This document shows positions 62,661 to 64,000 of a stretch of DNA of 64,000 bases, in pieces. The notes beneath the pieces are model-generated. The model worked only from the letters and a program-made list of their open reading frames with translations. It was not told the DNA's origin and did no database searches. Numbering within the stretch: position 1 is the first letter of the stretch; the number at the start of each line of letters is the position of its first letter. A program made the position numbers and the translations under genes. The DNA comes from Bacillota bacterium (GTDB lineage: Bacteria; Bacillota; DTU025): NCBI GenBank assembly GCA_050951805.1, contig JBMNJT010000004.1, positions 106,120 to 170,119 of the forward strand, in the 5' to 3' direction.

Positions 62661-64000
62661 CTAACTCCGCTCTAGCTCCCTGAGTGCTCTCATGATCTCC
62701 GGTGCGAACTGCTGTTTTCTTGACACTACGCCCGGCAGCCAGAACGATTCTGCTCCCGCTTCCACCCCGGCGTGGCCGAAGGCGCGCTCTGCCAGGCTTG
62801 CGTCACGCGCTGTCCACAGTATTTCTGAACCGTCTGCCGCCACATCTGTGAGCATGAGCGCTACCATAGCGTAGCCTGCATCTTCCATAAGGCTTCGCGT
62901 GGCGTCTAGAAGTTGGCGCTTGAGGTCGGAGCTGAACCCTCCGGAAGTGGTAGCCTGCCCTATCCCCACTTTGAACTTGCCCACAGTGAACTCCTTGAAG
63001 TCGGATCGCAGTATTTCGGCGGGATCGGCGTCTTCTATATGGGTCTTCGCCGTGAGCACCAGATCGGCGAGGCTCTTCAGGTCGACGTCGGCTCCTGAGG
63101 CCAGGCGTTCCGCTTCCAGCCTGTCTTGGGGTGTAGATGTGGGCGACTTGAAGGCCAGGGTGTCGGAGATGATTGCGGATGCCAATAGTCCTGCCAGGGC
63201 AGGGCTGAGGGTGACTTTGTTCTGGCGCGCCAGGGCGCTTATTATCGTCGAGGTGGATCCCCATGGCCTGTTCACGAAGAGTATGGGATGATCTGTCTCA
63301 ATCGACCCTATTCGATGGTGGTCGATCACTTCCAACACTACGGCCGTGTCGATCCCTTCCACTGATTGGGTTTTCTCGTTGTGATCCACCAAGATCACTC
63401 GCTTGCGGGGAGGGTCGGCCAGATGGTTTCTGCCGATCATGCCTGTGGGTCTTCCGTGCTCGTCCATGACCGGATAGAGCTTGAACGGGCGAAGCCTCAT
63501 TTCCTCTCTCACTTCTGACACCAGGTCATCAAGGGTGAATGTGGCCACGTCGGCGCTTGTCATCACTTGGTCTACGGGGACTGCCTGCCACAGAAGCCCG
63601 AGGCAAGCGAGGGTGTCTGCTGCCGTTGACAGCACGGATGTGCCGCGCGAGCGCGCCAGTTCGAGCGTGTCGCGGGAGACGGGGGCCCGATGGGCATCTG
63701 TCACTACGAGCACAGCGACCCCCTCTTCGACTGCGATTCGCTGGAGGTCGGGCCTATCGGAAACGATCAGCATGTCGTGGGGGGTGATGGCGCGACGGGC
63801 CCAATCTATTCCGATGTCGCCCACGAATACTCGGCCATCGAACTCGGGCTGGCCTTCTGCTACGAGTTGGGCGTCGAGGGCGCTCACGAGGTTTTTTATG
63901 GGGAACGAATAGTGGCTTCTCTTTGCTGAGGCGTTAAGCTCGGCCCTGGCGATATCGCCCAAGGTGGCAAGGCCCTGAAGCTTCCCGTCCTCGTCCACAA
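62661..64000 (-). CDS. ppaC: Family II (DHH) inorganic pyrophosphatase with DRTGG/CBS insert (CBS-PPase), 5'-truncated by the window end
   Basis: DHH-family motifs (ILVDHNE, VIDHHRIG), DHHA2 C-terminal region, inserted regulatory domains. The ORF is open to the window edge. Confidence 0.65.
   Translation of the reverse strand, partial: VDEDGKLQGLATLGDIARAELNASAKRSHYSFPIKNLVSALDAQLVAEGQPEFDGRVFVGDIGIDWARRAITPHDMLIVSDRPDLQRIAVEEGVAVLVVTDAHRAPVSRDTLELARSRGTSVLSTAADTLACLGLLWQAVPVDQVMTSADVATFTLDDLVSEVREEMRLRPFKLYPVMDEHGRPTGMIGRNHLADPPRKRVILVDHNEKTQSVEGIDTAVVLEVIDHHRIGSIETDHPILFVNRPWGSTSTIISALARQNKVTLSPALAGLLASAIISDTLAFKSPTSTPQDRLEAERLASGADVDLKSLADLVLTAKTHIEDADPAEILRSDFKEFTVGKFKVGIGQATTSGGFSSDLKRQLLDATRSLMEDAGYAMVALMLTDVAADGSEILWTARDASLAERAFGHAGVEAGAESFWLPGVVSRKQQFAPEIMRALRELERS

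Noticed and set aside
1-64000. CRISPR arrays, rRNA genes, prophage structural genes
   Set aside because: No short regularly spaced direct repeats, no rRNA signature strings and no capsid/terminase/portal-like ORFs were seen anywhere in the window.

Overview
This 64 kb window appears to come from a GC-rich (roughly 55-60%) anaerobic bacterium, probably a Firmicutes-like lineage; T-box regulation, Fe-S-rich proteins and a MetH lacking the reactivation domain point that way. Gene content is a mosaic of housekeeping and accessory functions. (i) 0.3-8.4 kb: a membrane-anchored alpha/beta hydrolase, a 1.6 kb ORF-free stretch, three secreted beta-rich paralogous proteins and a large surface protein broken by frameshifts. 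(ii) 8.7-17.4 kb: pgi, a lower-GC orphan gene with decayed flanks, a frameshifted creatininase-family gene, a SAM methyltransferase and a dtxR-feoA-feoB iron uptake operon. (iii) 17.9-23.1 kb: a conserved but functionally uncharacterised cluster of DUF134, radical SAM, DUF5320, two NifX-like proteins and two MinD-type Fe-S ATPases. (iv) 23.1-27.4 kb: an AlbA_2 DNA-binding protein, gene debris, a decayed HigB toxin followed by an intact HigA-ImmA peptidase fusion, and a reverse-transcriptase remnant. (v) 27.4-37.8 kb: a HAD phosphatase, an Fe(III)/polyamine-type ABC importer with an RpiR regulator, and a heterodimeric ABC exporter with a MarR regulator. (vi) 38.4-39.8 kb: an acetyltransferase and a standalone 5'-3' exonuclease. 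(vii) 40.1-43.3 kb: two tandem copies of an rve-type IS, each flanked by the same 17-bp direct repeat. (viii) 43.3-49.6 kb: a putative T-box leader followed by metF, a short metH and the three-gene sulfide-dependent homocysteine biosynthesis module (COG1900, NIL-ferredoxin, COG2122). (ix) 49.7-50.0 kb: twin 36-aa Cys/Trp-rich small ORFs. (x) 50.5-62.6 kb: a signalling neighbourhood with a REC-PAS-HD-GYP protein, two tandem MCPs sharing an identical signalling module, two GGDEF+HD-GYP sensor paralogs (one frameshifted) and tRNA-Glu. (xi) The window ends inside a CBS-containing family II pyrophosphatase gene. There are at least five independent frameshifts, which may be sequencing artefacts or ongoing gene decay. 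All calls are from reading the sequence and the ORF track; no database searches were run.
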